Origin: an uncultured bacterium
Lineage (GTDB): Bacteria > Babelota > Babeliae > Babelales > Vermiphilaceae
Assembly: GCA_963727255.1 (NCBI GenBank)
Contig: CAVSFC010000002.1
Coordinates: forward strand, 32,001-96,000
Reading direction: 5' to 3'
DNA length: 64,000 nt
The notes below the pieces were generated by a model. That model saw only the letters and a list, made by a program, of their open reading frames with translations, did no database searches and was not told the origin of the DNA. A program made the translations under genes and the position numbers. Positions 19,812 through 30,271 of the stretch are shown here, piece by piece. Every line of letters starts with the position of its first letter. The stretch's first letter is position 1.

Positions 19812-20702
19812 TCATTTTTTCCGGGCTTTAATAAGCATGTGCCAGCCAAGTTCCGATTCAAGTTCTTTAAACAAATCATCCGATATATTTTTAAAGCAAT
19901 CTTCTTTTTCATATTCATATTTAATATATTTTGGGATGTTCCATGCAAAAATATGGGCTTTTCGCATTTCTAAAATTTGGAAATCTGCAAACAATCTTCG
20001 TGCTCCTTCATACGTATAAGAATATGTTATTGGACAACCGGTTTGAGCTTCAGAATAGGTTGAAATCAATTCATCAAGATTACTAAAATCCCATATTCCT
20101 GTTTCTCTCATGAAATGAAATAATTTATAACTGATTTTGGAATAAATCATCATGCGAAGCTCGCCATCATCTTTTAGAAAATTTTTACACTGGTCCAAAA
20201 TTTTCTCTGGATGAGGCGAGTGATGAATAACTCCAAATGACCAAATAAGGTCAAATTTCTCTTGTCCAGATAGAAGAATATCAAGATTCTCGGCATTGCC
20301 TAGAATAAAATGCGCGTGCAGTCCATATACTTCAAAACGCTTCTTTGTGATATCAAGGCTTTCTTGAGATATTTCAATAACGGTAAGATCAGCTCCATTA
20401 CGTGCAAAATTGACTGCTTCAGTCCCTAATCCACATCCAATTTCTAATACTCGTTTGCCATACCATTTTTCAAATTCTGCAAAACCAGGAATATGGGGTT
20501 CAATAAAATACTTTCTTTTTTCGACCTCATCAAAATATTCTCGAGTGCCAATTGGTTTGTTGGAATGCCTGATATTGCACGGGCGGCGATCCCAAAATTC
20601 TTTTACTTTATTTATAGGTACCGCTGAAAAATCGGCGCCTTTGATTGGAATGCATGGCATCACACTCAATACAAACCCGAATACATGTTTCAAGTTTTTC
20701 AT
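19812..20702 (-). CDS. Class I SAM-dependent methyltransferase, signal peptide
   Basis: VLEIGCGLG and [12 protein letters not shown]. Confidence 0.85.
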   Translation of the reverse strand: MKNLKHVFGFVLSVMPCIPIKGADFSAVPINKVKEFWDRRPCNIRHSNKPIGTREYFDEVEKRKYFIEPHIPGFAEFEKWYGKRVLEIGCGLGTEAVNFARNGADLTVIEISQESLDITKKRFEVYGLHAHFILGNAENLDILLSGQEKFDLIWSFGVIHHSPHPEKILDQCKNFLKDDGELRMMIYSKISYKLFHFMRETGIWDFSNLDELISTYSEAQTGCPITYSYTYEGARRLFADFQILEMRKAHIFAWNIPKYIKYEYEKEDCFKNISDDLFKELESELGWHMLIKARKK

Positions 20703-20920
20703 ATTCTCTCCTTTAAAAAATTATTACTCAAAAAACTAACAGTTATTTTATAGCGAGTTGCCAACTTTGCAAGCACTCTATTCTTACTGGCCACTTGACG
20801 GTAAACACACATCATATTATGTTCGCTGTGTCATCTTCAAGAAATGAAAAGAACCCCTTGCTTTGAATTTATTTTAATTTTTTTGTAGACTGCCTAAAAT
20901 CCAAAAAAAGGAAAAATAAA

Positions 20921-21395
20921 ATGATTTTACTACTGTTACTTTTCTTTTCTTCTCCTCTTTTTGCCGCTGAAATGAGCAAATCAAAAATCATTGGCCTCAT
21001 CCCCATGCGCAATGAAGAGATAATGATTGAGCAATGTCTGCGTGGACTTTCCAGAATCACAGATGCAATTATCATTCTAAATGATGCATCTACTGATAAT
21101 TCGGTAGCCATTATTGAATATCTCGCCAAAGAATGCAACGTCATCGAAATAATTCATAAAAAGGAATGGTACCGAGATGAACCTGGCGATAGAAATGCTC
21201 TCCTAAAATGCAGGCACAGCCCATGGTGGTACTCATTTTGTAGTTATTGATGCAGATGAGATATTTACCGAAAATTGTTTGGATAATAATTTTTTACGCA
21301 ATGCGATTCTTTCTTTGCAACAAGGCGACGTATTAATAATGAACTGGCATTTTTTAAAGTTGTATGGTAGAAGTTTGGATCTTTACGTAAACTAG
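20921..21395 (+). pseudogene. Truncated duplicate of the GT2 gene 26122..27039
   Basis: Near-identical protein up to ...LIMNW (~21347), with one extra A near 21207, then unrelated sequence to TAG at 21393-21395. Confidence 0.7.
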
Positions 21396-21408
21396 AAAAA
21401 GGAATTTA

Positions 21409-22500
21409 ATGAAGCATTTCTTTATAACCATATTATTATTTTATGTCGCTCTTGCTCACGGAACATTACACATCCCCACTAATCAGGAGCTGTTTGAAAA
21501 TAAAAATATTTTGATTTTAGGCGGCACCGGCTTTTTAGGAAAAGCGCTTATAACAGAAATTCTAAAATACAATCCCAATACAATAATTATTTATAGCAGA
21601 GATGAAGTTAAACACTTTAATCTTACAAAGACTTTTCCAAATAATCCCACAATCCAAAGTATTATCGGCGATATCCGCGATTATGATCATCTTTTACGAG
21701 TCACTAAGAATATAGATATTGTTTTTCATGCAGCCGCTTTAAAAAGAATCGATATTTTGGAAGATAATGTTGAAGAGTCAATAAAGACTAATATTATTGG
21801 ATCACTCAATGTATTCAACGCGTGCGTAGCGAATCAAGTATCAAAGGTAATTTTTATATCTACTGATAAAGCATGTTCGCCAGTAAACACATATGGCGCT
21901 TGTAAATTTATCAGTGAAAAAATATTTACCAATTATAATCAGAATAAAAGCTCAACCAAATGTATGGTAGCGCGGTATGGAAATGTGCTAGATAGTACCG
22001 GTTCAGTAATTCCAATTTTTATCGCAAAAATTAAAAATGGAGAAGATATACCACTTACCCATATAAGAATGACCCGTTTTATCATCAGTAAGGAAGAAGC
22101 GGTTGCATTAGTCTTTGATGCCCTAAGGTATGGCGTTGGAGGTGAAGTATTTATAAAGCGTCTTCCGGCATTAAAGGTAATTGATCTAATAGAAGTTTTA
22201 AAAGAAAAATATAATGCCCATAATGTTGTAAAACTTATAGGGTTGCGCCCGGGAGAGAAAATACATGAAGAACTCATTAATGAAGCAGAAATTCCTCGAA
22301 TGATCGCATTTAATCATTATTTCATTATACGGCCTTCTGTCGCAGAGCAATTTTATAATGATGCAAAAGAAATGCCAATCTATGTTCAACGCGGCACATT
22401 AATTTCCACTGAAACTTTGACGGGATATAGCTCAGATCAAGCCTTAATATCCAAAGATGAATTAGCAGAAATTTTTAACAAATTAAATCTTTTGAGTTAA
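21409..22500 (+). CDS. PseB/CapD-like UDP-HexNAc 4,6-dehydratase (Polysacc_synt_2), signal peptide
   Basis: GGTGFLG, SRDEVK, FHAAALK, STDKA, YGACK, RYGNV and RPGEKIHE. Confidence 0.88.
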   Translation: MKHFFITILLFYVALAHGTLHIPTNQELFENKNILILGGTGFLGKALITEILKYNPNTIIIYSRDEVKHFNLTKTFPNNPTIQSIIGDIRDYDHLLRVTKNIDIVFHAAALKRIDILEDNVEESIKTNIIGSLNVFNACVANQVSKVIFISTDKACSPVNTYGACKFISEKIFTNYNQNKSSTKCMVARYGNVLDSTGSVIPIFIAKIKNGEDIPLTHIRMTRFIISKEEAVALVFDALRYGVGGEVFIKRLPALKVIDLIEVLKEKYNAHNVVKLIGLRPGEKIHEELINEAEIPRMIAFNHYFIIRPSVAEQFYNDAKEMPIYVQRGTLISTETLTGYSSDQALISKDELAEIFNKLNLLS

Positions 22501-22503
22501 TCT

Positions 22504-23430
22504 ATGCATAAAATAACATCTCTATTGCTTTTATCCAGCACATTTCTTGGCATTCAAGCCAAAACCATTTTAGTATTTGGCGGAAAAACTGGTTGGATCG
22601 GCCAAAAGATTGTCCAACTTCTTAAAGATGGGGGGCACAATCCTATTTGCGCTGAATCACGGCTAGAAAACAGACAGGATATCATTAGTGAGATACTACT
22701 TGCCAAGCCCGATGCAATTATCAATGCTGCCGGTATTACCGGAAAACCTAATGTTGATTGGTGTGAAGATCATAAACAAGAAACCCTGCGCACTAATGTA
22801 ATTGGAACACTCAACTTAGCCGATGTAGCTTATATACATGGTTTGCATCTAACCAATATTAGCACCGGCTGCATCTATGAATATGATGAAAACCATCCCA
22901 TCGGTAGCGGTATCGGATTTACAGAAGATGAGGAACCCAATTTTGACGGCTCGTTTTATTCACGCACCAAAATTCAAATGGAACAACTAATTCTGGAATA
23001 TCCAAACCTCCTCAACTTACGAGTAAAAATGCCCGTATCTTTAGAACTTGATAAGGGCTTTGTAGGTAAATTGGTTAAGTACAAGAAATTGGTGAACATT
23101 CCGAATTCATTAACGGTACTCGATGACCTTTTGCCAATTGCTATAGATATGACACTCAAAGGTATCAAAGGCAACTTTAATTTTGTGAATCCAGGCACGA
23201 TGAGCCATTATGAGGTAATGGATCTCTATAAGCAGTATATTGACCCAACTCATACGTATGAAGGCTTCTCACTGGATGATCAAGCACGAATACTTAAAGC
23301 ACGTCGCGCGAATGCAGAATTAAGCGCTGCGAAATTGCTCAAATTATATCCTCATATTTCACCGATTAAAGAATCTATGGAAAAACTATTTAAAAAAATA
23401 AAAAATACACTAAAGGAGATCCGCTTATGA
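22504..23430 (+). CDS. NDP-4-keto-6-deoxyhexose 3,5-epimerase/4-reductase (plant UER1/NRS-ER type), signal peptide
   Basis: GKTGWIG, AAGITGKPNVDWCEDHK, TGCIYEYD, GSFYSRTK and LRVKMP. Confidence 0.82.
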   Translation: MHKITSLLLLSSTFLGIQAKTILVFGGKTGWIGQKIVQLLKDGGHNPICAESRLENRQDIISEILLAKPDAIINAAGITGKPNVDWCEDHKQETLRTNVIGTLNLADVAYIHGLHLTNISTGCIYEYDENHPIGSGIGFTEDEEPNFDGSFYSRTKIQMEQLILEYPNLLNLRVKMPVSLELDKGFVGKLVKYKKLVNIPNSLTVLDDLLPIAIDMTLKGIKGNFNFVNPGTMSHYEVMDLYKQYIDPTHTYEGFSLDDQARILKARRANAELSAAKLLKLYPHISPIKESMEKLFKKIKNTLKEIRL

Positions 23431-24365
23431 AAAAATATTTCTTATGTCTGCTTATTTTACAATTCACCCCATCATATCCAAGAGTTAAAGTTTTACTTAT
23501 AACTCATAGCTATAACCGCCCTGATCTTATCGAGATTCAAACAAAAACATTTAGAGCATTTCTTAATGATGATTATGAACATGTTATATTCAATGATGCT
23601 CCCAATGAAAGTATGAAAAATCAAATCGAGGAAGCCTGTAAAAAATGTGGCTTGAGATGTTTTAGAATTCCTCAAGAATTGCATCGAGATGGAAGAACCG
23701 CTCCAGGATACCGGCATATTGACGGCATTCAGTTTTCCTTACAGCAATTAGGCTATAACCATGAAGGCATCGTAGGTATCGTTGATTCCGATCTTTTTTT
23801 ATTGAAACCTTTTAGTATTGAAAAATATATGCAGGGATATGATATAGCAGGGGAGCTGCAAGGAAGAGAAAACGAAAACATCAAAATAAGACATCTTTCT
23901 CCCATCTTGGTTTTTATGAATATGCAAACCCTGCCTAATAAAAATACCCTCACCTTTGAAGGTGGTAATGTACAAGGATTGACTTGCGACGTAGGAGGCC
24001 ATACGTATTATTATCTCAGGGATAATCCTTCAATACGCTCTAAATTTTTCACTTTAATGTTTCTTCCGGCGCTAAAAAAAGTAATTTCCTGCAATTCCTG
24101 CACTAATTTTAGCTGCGCAACTTGCAAAGAACAATTAATAAATTGCCATTTTGATGAAGCTGCAATCAAGTTTATTAATGCATGCCCCGATGACAATATG
24201 GAATTTGCTCTTGATAATCATTTCTTGCATTATCGCTGTGGATCAAATTGGAACAATAAATCCGCTGAATATCATGCAATCAAATCAAAAGCACTTAACG
24301 ATTATGTTGGAGAATTATTATATACGCACTATTACCATATGCACGCCTTACAAGGCATTTATTAA
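23427..24365 (+). CDS. Putative GT-A-fold glycosyltransferase, signal peptide
   Basis: THSYNRPD, IFNDA, IVDSDLFL (DxD), DVGG and FLHY.GSNW. Confidence 0.55.
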   Translation: MKKYFLCLLILQFTPSYPRVKVLLITHSYNRPDLIEIQTKTFRAFLNDDYEHVIFNDAPNESMKNQIEEACKKCGLRCFRIPQELHRDGRTAPGYRHIDGIQFSLQQLGYNHEGIVGIVDSDLFLLKPFSIEKYMQGYDIAGELQGRENENIKIRHLSPILVFMNMQTLPNKNTLTFEGGNVQGLTCDVGGHTYYYLRDNPSIRSKFFTLMFLPALKKVISCNSCTNFSCATCKEQLINCHFDEAAIKFINACPDDNMEFALDNHFLHYRCGSNWNNKSAEYHAIKSKALNDYVGELLYTHYYHMHALQGIY

Positions 24366-24390
24366 CGAAAATTCGATCTAAGATTTATAG

Positions 24391-24425
24391 CAAGAACCCC
24401 TATTGCAGCTGCAATAGGGTTCTTG
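24391..24425. terminator. Hairpin between convergent genes (bidirectional terminator candidate)
   Basis: CAAGAACCC(C)TATTGCAGCTGCAATAGGGTTCTTG, a near-perfect palindrome. Confidence 0.6.
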
Positions 24426-24459
24426 ATTTTTAAACTATATATTGTTAATTTTTTTATTT

Positions 24460-25242
24460 CTATTTCTCCAAAGGAGTTTGGAATGCTTTGTGATCTTTAT
24501 CTAATGCCAATAACTTCGGAGTAAAGGGTAAACGCCAACTTTCAGGATAACAGTAGGCTGGGCATAAAACTACTGTTGGAGGATTATCAAAAAAATAACG
24601 GTTCAGATGGCTCTCGTCATTCCATTTTGCGATAAACCCTCCATGATCAAGATCCTGCTGAATCTGCTGAGAGCACTTAGTTATGAGCTTAATGAACTCC
24701 TGTGTGGTTCCTCCATAAAAGCCTCCTGCTAAATAAAAGCTTCCTTGGCCATGAGGAATGTAAGCTGCTGATACAGGGTTTTTTTCATAATCATCATGCG
24801 GCTGAGAAGGGAAGTAATACCCAGGTGCACGAGTTGCAACTCGTTCACCAAGAATCTCATCACCGACTTCCCCCGCAAAAAGCATATCTGCGTCACACGC
24901 AAAGAGATAATCACAATCAGCAAAGCGTTCCACAGAATTTAGATACACTTTAAATCGCATCATCGTATCTAATGGCCATCCCAATCTCTTTTGCTCAATT
25001 CTGATCACATGATCTGATTCTGGAACTTGGCCATCAGTAAAAACGAAATAAATTTTCTCATATTTTGGTAAAAAAAATCGATCCGCAGAAGCAAATAGTT
25101 TATCGAGAAAGCAGGTATATTTGCCCGTTGCCATCACACACAAACCAATTTTTAATGGTTTTTGCGACTGCGCAAAACAAAATGATGATATAAGAGTTAA
25201 AAGAAACAATTTCTTAAACATACATATGGAGAATGTATTCAT
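24460..25242 (-). CDS. GT6 family alpha-1,3-GalNAc/Gal transferase (ABO-like), signal peptide
   Basis: ATGKY, DADM, AGGFYGG and WNDESHLNRY; paralog of 12941..13720. Confidence 0.92.
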   Translation of the reverse strand: MNTFSICMFKKLFLLTLISSFCFAQSQKPLKIGLCVMATGKYTCFLDKLFASADRFFLPKYEKIYFVFTDGQVPESDHVIRIEQKRLGWPLDTMMRFKVYLNSVERFADCDYLFACDADMLFAGEVGDEILGERVATRAPGYYFPSQPHDDYEKNPVSAAYIPHGQGSFYLAGGFYGGTTQEFIKLITKCSQQIQQDLDHGGFIAKWNDESHLNRYFFDNPPTVVLCPAYCYPESWRLPFTPKLLALDKDHKAFQTPLEK

Positions 25243-25321
25243 AATTATTCCCTTGCAGTAAAATCTTATTAAGTATTTGGTTTTTTTTGAGAATTTTTTT
25301 TCAGGTCAGTATAGACTTAGA

Positions 25322-25981
25322 TTAAAGAATTATATGCAAGACACATTCATTTGCATTTACATCAAACCATGAAAATGTTTTTACTTTTGGTAGAGTATTT
25401 AAAAAGGCTTCGAGCTTCGATTTGCTATATTGATTGTGAAAAATTGGGCACCCATCCACATTGCCGATTAAAATAGCATCATATTCGGTTGGAACTGGCT
25501 TCATAAAAAAAACAATGAGCACTTCTTTTTTAGCAACCCGGACTAATTCTGGTATAGCCTGCCGATATGTGTCCAAATGCTCTAAGATATGCCGAGAATA
25601 GACGACATCAAACGATGAATCTAAAACTGGAATTTCTTGAATCCTGCCAAGCTTTGCCGGTATGTTTTGGTTAATAGCCCTATCGACAAATAAAGTGGTT
25701 ATGTCCACACCTAAATAATCGATTTCGGGATTAGATTGTTTCAAGCTTAAAAAATCAACACAAAGGCCGCAAGGAATATCCAACACAGATTTATAATTTT
25801 TTTCTAAAATATGTTTGCGTATATACATACGGGACGGCTCTTTTTCATTTCCAACCCAGCCAGCAAACTGATTTAATTTATTTTGCTGTGTACATTGCGT
25901 TTGCCACCATTTTTCATGCTCTTTCAACTCTAATGCCTGCAGTGATCCAAAAAAGATAATAACCGGCAGTATTCTCTTCAT
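25322..25981 (-). CDS. Class I SAM-dependent methyltransferase, signal peptide
   Basis: VLDIPCG and FDVVYSRHILEHL; paralog of 14729..15442. Confidence 0.85.
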   Translation of the reverse strand: MKRILPVIIFFGSLQALELKEHEKWWQTQCTQQNKLNQFAGWVGNEKEPSRMYIRKHILEKNYKSVLDIPCGLCVDFLSLKQSNPEIDYLGVDITTLFVDRAINQNIPAKLGRIQEIPVLDSSFDVVYSRHILEHLDTYRQAIPELVRVAKKEVLIVFFMKPVPTEYDAILIGNVDGCPIFHNQYSKSKLEAFLNTLPKVKTFSWFDVNANECVLHIIL

Positions 25982-26121
25982 ACATTCTCCTTAATTTTTT
26001 AGGAATTAAAATTCTCGTATAATTCTTAATCATTAGCTGGAATTGTCAAGTGAAATCATCCATCGGCTTTTCTTTTATTTTTTTTTAGCGTATGCTGCTT
26101 AAAATTCAAAAAAGGGAACTC

Positions 26122-27039
26122 ATGTTTATAATTTTTCTTCTCTTCTTTTCATCATTCCTTTGCGCCACTGAAACGAGCAAATCAAAAATAATTGGCCTTA
26201 TTCCCATTCGTAATGAAGAAATAATGATCGAGCAATGCTTGCGGGGATTATCAATGCTTGTGGATGAAATTATCATTCTTGATGATGCTTCTACTGATAA
26301 TTCAGTTTCCATTATTGAATCACTTGCCAAAGAATGCAAAGTCACGGAAATTATTCGAAAAAAAGAATGGTACCGGGATGAACCCGGCGATAGAAATGCT
26401 CTTCTCAATGCAGGCAGAACGCATGGTGGCACACATTTTGTGGTCATTGATGCGGATGAAATGTTTACGGCCAATTGCTTGGATAATAATTTTCTACGTA
26501 ATGCTATTCTTGTTCTGCAACCAGGCGACATATTAATAATGAATTGGATTCAGCTTTGGAAAAGCGTTGATTATTATCGCTTTGATGATTCGGTATGGAC
26601 CTATAATTATAAGCCATTTATTTTTTGCGATAATCCGAATGCATATTATTCTTCTGAATTCCTTCATACTCCGCGAATTCCTTATAATTTAAGAGGCAAA
26701 TATTATCAAATCGGAGGGTATACTTATGGGCTCATGCATTTTCAATTTGTTAACTTTGATAATGTGATCATGAAACATTGCTGGTATCGGTGCCTTGAGC
26801 GCATTCGTACCAAAAAATCTGGCCAGGAAATTAATGCTATTTATGATTGGTTTAAACCACAAAATGTTCATTTAGAACCATCGCCCCGCCAATGGTTCGA
26901 TAATTATTCTTTTTTTGATCCTTCAATTTTTACCAGAGAAGAAAAGTGGCGCAAGGCCCAAATTAAAGAATGGCTCGCTCAGTATGGAGCCGATTTCTTC
27001 AAGGATATTGATATATGGTTTATAGACTGGTCAAAATAA
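26122..27039 (+). CDS. GT2 glycosyltransferase, signal peptide
   Basis: RNEE, LDDASTD and IDADE; likely start 26122 (track start 26092). Confidence 0.85.
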   Translation: MFIIFLLFFSSFLCATETSKSKIIGLIPIRNEEIMIEQCLRGLSMLVDEIIILDDASTDNSVSIIESLAKECKVTEIIRKKEWYRDEPGDRNALLNAGRTHGGTHFVVIDADEMFTANCLDNNFLRNAILVLQPGDILIMNWIQLWKSVDYYRFDDSVWTYNYKPFIFCDNPNAYYSSEFLHTPRIPYNLRGKYYQIGGYTYGLMHFQFVNFDNVIMKHCWYRCLERIRTKKSGQEINAIYDWFKPQNVHLEPSPRQWFDNYSFFDPSIFTREEKWRKAQIKEWLAQYGADFFKDIDIWFIDWSK

Positions 27040-28073
27040 GTATATTTTTTATTTTTTGTTCAAATCTGGCATCCGAAAAGTTTTCTCTGATTTCAACTCT
27101 TCCTAATGGGAAATTACTAACGAACGATTCTATAGATGATATTCATGTTATTTACGATATCAAGAAACATGATCCAATACTGCTTAATGAATTAGAAAAA
27201 CTACCAGTAACCATACATTTTCATTATGACCAATTCAGCCTGGAACGCTGCATGCATATTGCACAAACTGTGTGCAAGCAAAAACAGGTGTTGCTTGATA
27301 TTGATACTGATCATTCACAGAATGCCTCTATTAGATATTCTTGCGGAAAAAATCTTCGAGTAAGTTTAATTACTTCTTTATATAAGGCAGATGAGTTTGT
27401 TGTTGATTTTATGAAAAACATGGTTGAACAAAGCATTTTTAGTTCAACAGAATTAATTATCATCAATGCCCATTCTCCGGGAAATGAAGAGCATGAAATT
27501 CTGCGGTATTTAAGAGACTACCCAAATATTATCTATATCAGACTCCCCTATGACCCAGGACTTTATGCTATTTGGAATATGGGCGTCCGCTATGCACATG
27601 CCCCATTAATCGGCAATGCTAATCTTGATGACCGCAGAGATCTTTATTCGCTTGAAGAACAGGTAAAAATATTAGAGGAACATCCTGAATATGATCTTGC
27701 TTATTGTGATTTTTGCATCACGCAAAAACCAAATGATCAATGGTATGAAATGTTTAACTTTCCGCGTACCAACATCCAACAATTTTCTAAAAAGGCCATA
27801 GAATATTGTCTGCCGGGCCCCCAACCAGTTTGGCGCAGATCAATGCATGAAAAATATGGGCCGTTTAGAGAAGATTTTGTATCATCTGCGGATCAAGAAA
27901 TGTGGTGCCGCGCAGTTGATAAAGGATCACAATTTATAAAAGTAAATTGCATCTCCGGCGTCTATTATCTAAATCCAAAAGGAATCTCAACCGAAGTTAA
28001 TAGCCCAAGAGCCCAACAGAGGGCTTTAGAAAATTCTTATATTTGGTGTCTTTACCATCATTTATGGTCGTAA
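27015..28073 (+). CDS. GT2 glycosyltransferase, signal peptide
   Basis: VSLITSLY, GLYAIWN, NANLDD, PGPQPVWR and ADQEMW. Confidence 0.85.
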   Translation: MVYRLVKISIFFIFCSNLASEKFSLISTLPNGKLLTNDSIDDIHVIYDIKKHDPILLNELEKLPVTIHFHYDQFSLERCMHIAQTVCKQKQVLLDIDTDHSQNASIRYSCGKNLRVSLITSLYKADEFVVDFMKNMVEQSIFSSTELIIINAHSPGNEEHEILRYLRDYPNIIYIRLPYDPGLYAIWNMGVRYAHAPLIGNANLDDRRDLYSLEEQVKILEEHPEYDLAYCDFCITQKPNDQWYEMFNFPRTNIQQFSKKAIEYCLPGPQPVWRRSMHEKYGPFREDFVSSADQEMWCRAVDKGSQFIKVNCISGVYYLNPKGISTEVNSPRAQQRALENSYIWCLYHHLWS

Positions 28074-28762
28074 ATCTTTTTGTTTATATAAATCTCATCC
28101 GCCCCACCAAGAATCGTAATGAACTGAAAATTTTTTGATTCTAAAAATTTTCTAATTTCTGAAGTTCCATAATTATTCTCAACCGTAATTGCATAAATAT
28201 AGAATTTTTCATAATTTATTGATTTCAAAATGTTAATTTCTCCACCCTCAGTATCAAGCGAAAGAAAATCAATATAATAAATGTTATATTTTTCAAGTTC
28301 AGGGTTCAATAGACAACAGGGCACTTCAATAAGTCTTGCAGATCCCCCCATACATTCAATTTCACGCCTGATTCTTTCAATATGACGAGGATCGTAAAGC
28401 GCTTCAATGCCGCTCAACATTTGGCTATAACCAGTTACTTCTCGAAATAAAACAGTACCAATGGTGTCTGCGGAAACACATTTATTTATACAAATGCAGT
28501 TTCTATTTTTTTCTAGCTCTTTAAAAACAGTCGGCAATGGCTCAAAGCAAATTCCATGCCAACCAAGCTCTTTTTCAAAAAACCATGTGTTACTTAGGCT
28601 TATGCCATCATGTGCGCCAATATCGATAAAAATACCATTTCTTTTATTTTTAAAATAAAACTCATTAAGAAACTGATCCTGGCCAACTTGGCTTTTGTAA
28701 TTTGTTGCTTGACTATTGAGCATTATGCTCAGCGAAAGTATGGAAAAATAAATAAGTTTCAC
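28058..28762 (-). CDS. FkbM-family methyltransferase, signal peptide
   Basis: SQVGQD, IDIGAHDG, SNT, FEP and SLDTEGGE. Confidence 0.88.
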   Translation of the reverse strand: MKLIYFSILSLSIMLNSQATNYKSQVGQDQFLNEFYFKNKRNGIFIDIGAHDGISLSNTWFFEKELGWHGICFEPLPTVFKELEKNRNCICINKCVSADTIGTVLFREVTGYSQMLSGIEALYDPRHIERIRREIECMGGSARLIEVPCCLLNPELEKYNIYYIDFLSLDTEGGEINILKSINYEKFYIYAITVENNYGTSEIRKFLESKNFQFITILGGADEIYINKKIYDHK

Positions 28763-28765
28763 GAA

Positions 28766-29725
28766 CTATCCTTGCAATTGTTTAAATACAATCTCATCAA
28801 TAACAATTTCTCCATTTATTAGACTGGCATGCCATGGAGCTAAGAGCACCATATAATCAACAATTTTTTCAGCCATTATTGAAAAATGAGAATCAGATCT
28901 AATTAAACAATCAAATTGCATCAATGAAAAAAAATCTTCCAATACGTTCACATTATGCTTATTTCCATGCATTCTGCAATCAAAAGTAATCTGATCATTA
29001 TTTACGATTTCTTGAAAATACTGCGCTATTTCTAAGGGATTATCATGATCGGTGAAAACATAGACATATATTCTTTGATTGGGAAATAATTCAGCAATTT
29101 TAAGTAAACTGTCAGAATAAAATGATAATGGTGGCCATTTTAATGGTTGCCATTTAATCATATCATCATAAGTTTGCCCAGATAAAAGATCGAACCCCGT
29201 TCCAACCCTAACATGCACTGCAACGGTTACACAATCAGAGGGAAGTTCCAACAAATTTAATGGGCAAATTGGTTTGATCATTATTTGTAATTCTTTTCTG
29301 AAAACCGAATTTCCCCAATCAACATCAAAAAGATACGGATTTCTTGGACAATTGCGCTCGTATACTGATTCAGGAAAAAAGGGAATTACATACAGCAAAT
29401 CTGCATCTGGGTCAATTTTTCCTTTTACCTCTTTATAAGAAACTATTCCCTTAAACTCACTCGATTTCTCTTGGGACCAATGTATTTCATGCTCGTGCAT
29501 CATTAAGTGATCAGAATAGGGGAAAGGTATATAGAGCAAAGGAATATCATAGAGACAAGAAATATATTTTGCACGGGTATATGATAATAGATTATCCCCG
29601 AATCTGCCACCACTAAAGGTGTAGGTCACAGCACTTCTAGCAATAGCTAGATGATGTATAAAAAAACAGAAAAAAATAATAAAAAAATATGATGATTTGT
29701 TTAAAAGTTGTTTGTGCGTAGTCAA
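28766..29725 (-). CDS. GT11-like (alpha-1,2-fucosyltransferase-like) protein, signal peptide
   Basis: GGRFGDNL, AVHVRVG, VFTDHD and SHFS; TTG start after GGGAG. Confidence 0.7.
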   Translation of the reverse strand: MTTHKQLLNKSSYFFIIFFCFFIHHLAIARSAVTYTFSGGRFGDNLLSYTRAKYISCLYDIPLLYIPFPYSDHLMMHEHEIHWSQEKSSEFKGIVSYKEVKGKIDPDADLLYVIPFFPESVYERNCPRNPYLFDVDWGNSVFRKELQIMIKPICPLNLLELPSDCVTVAVHVRVGTGFDLLSGQTYDDMIKWQPLKWPPLSFYSDSLLKIAELFPNQRIYVYVFTDHDNPLEIAQYFQEIVNNDQITFDCRMHGNKHNVNVLEDFFSLMQFDCLIRSDSHFSIMAEKIVDYMVLLAPWHASLINGEIVIDEIVFKQLQG

Positions 29726-29909
29726 TCTTTTTTCTCCCTACCTTTTTCAATGTAGTTTAAATATATCCAATATTTTCATATTACTTCTTTAAGCTGTCAA
29801 CATCAAATTTGAGCATCGCCCTTCTCTTTGTAAATCTGTCAAAAAAAGCGCAAAGTTAAAGAAAAAATATTTGTCAAAAATAAGAATTGGGAAATAAGGA
29901 GCCTCTCTC

Positions 29910-30251
29910 ATGAAAAAAATTATCAGTTTTCTCTTATTGATGAGCGCAAGTCTATTAGCTACATCCTCCCCTAAAAACGCGGAAAAAGAAGTGATCCTTG
30001 CTGGGCTTTTAAATTACAATGATCCCAAAACATGGTTATTATCATATCCCCGCTCGGGCAATACGTGGATTCGCTATTGTTTGGAGTTTTTTACCGAACG
30101 GCCCACGCTTGCTTCCTCTTTCGTGGATGAGAAAAATGAGCCCCTCGACTGGCTTGCCGGACTTAATATCGATTTCAACAAACCACCGATAGAAAAAACG
30201 TACAGTCTTGTAGTACGCATAATTTTTTACCATTTTTTCTCCCTTTTTTAG
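29910..30251 (+). pseudogene. Truncated sulfotransferase (N-terminal part only), signal peptide
   Basis: PAPS-binding loop SYPRSGNTW; the ORF ends after only 113 aa. Confidence 0.6.
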
Positions 30252-30271
30252 GAGAGAAAGGCTTCCTTTTT

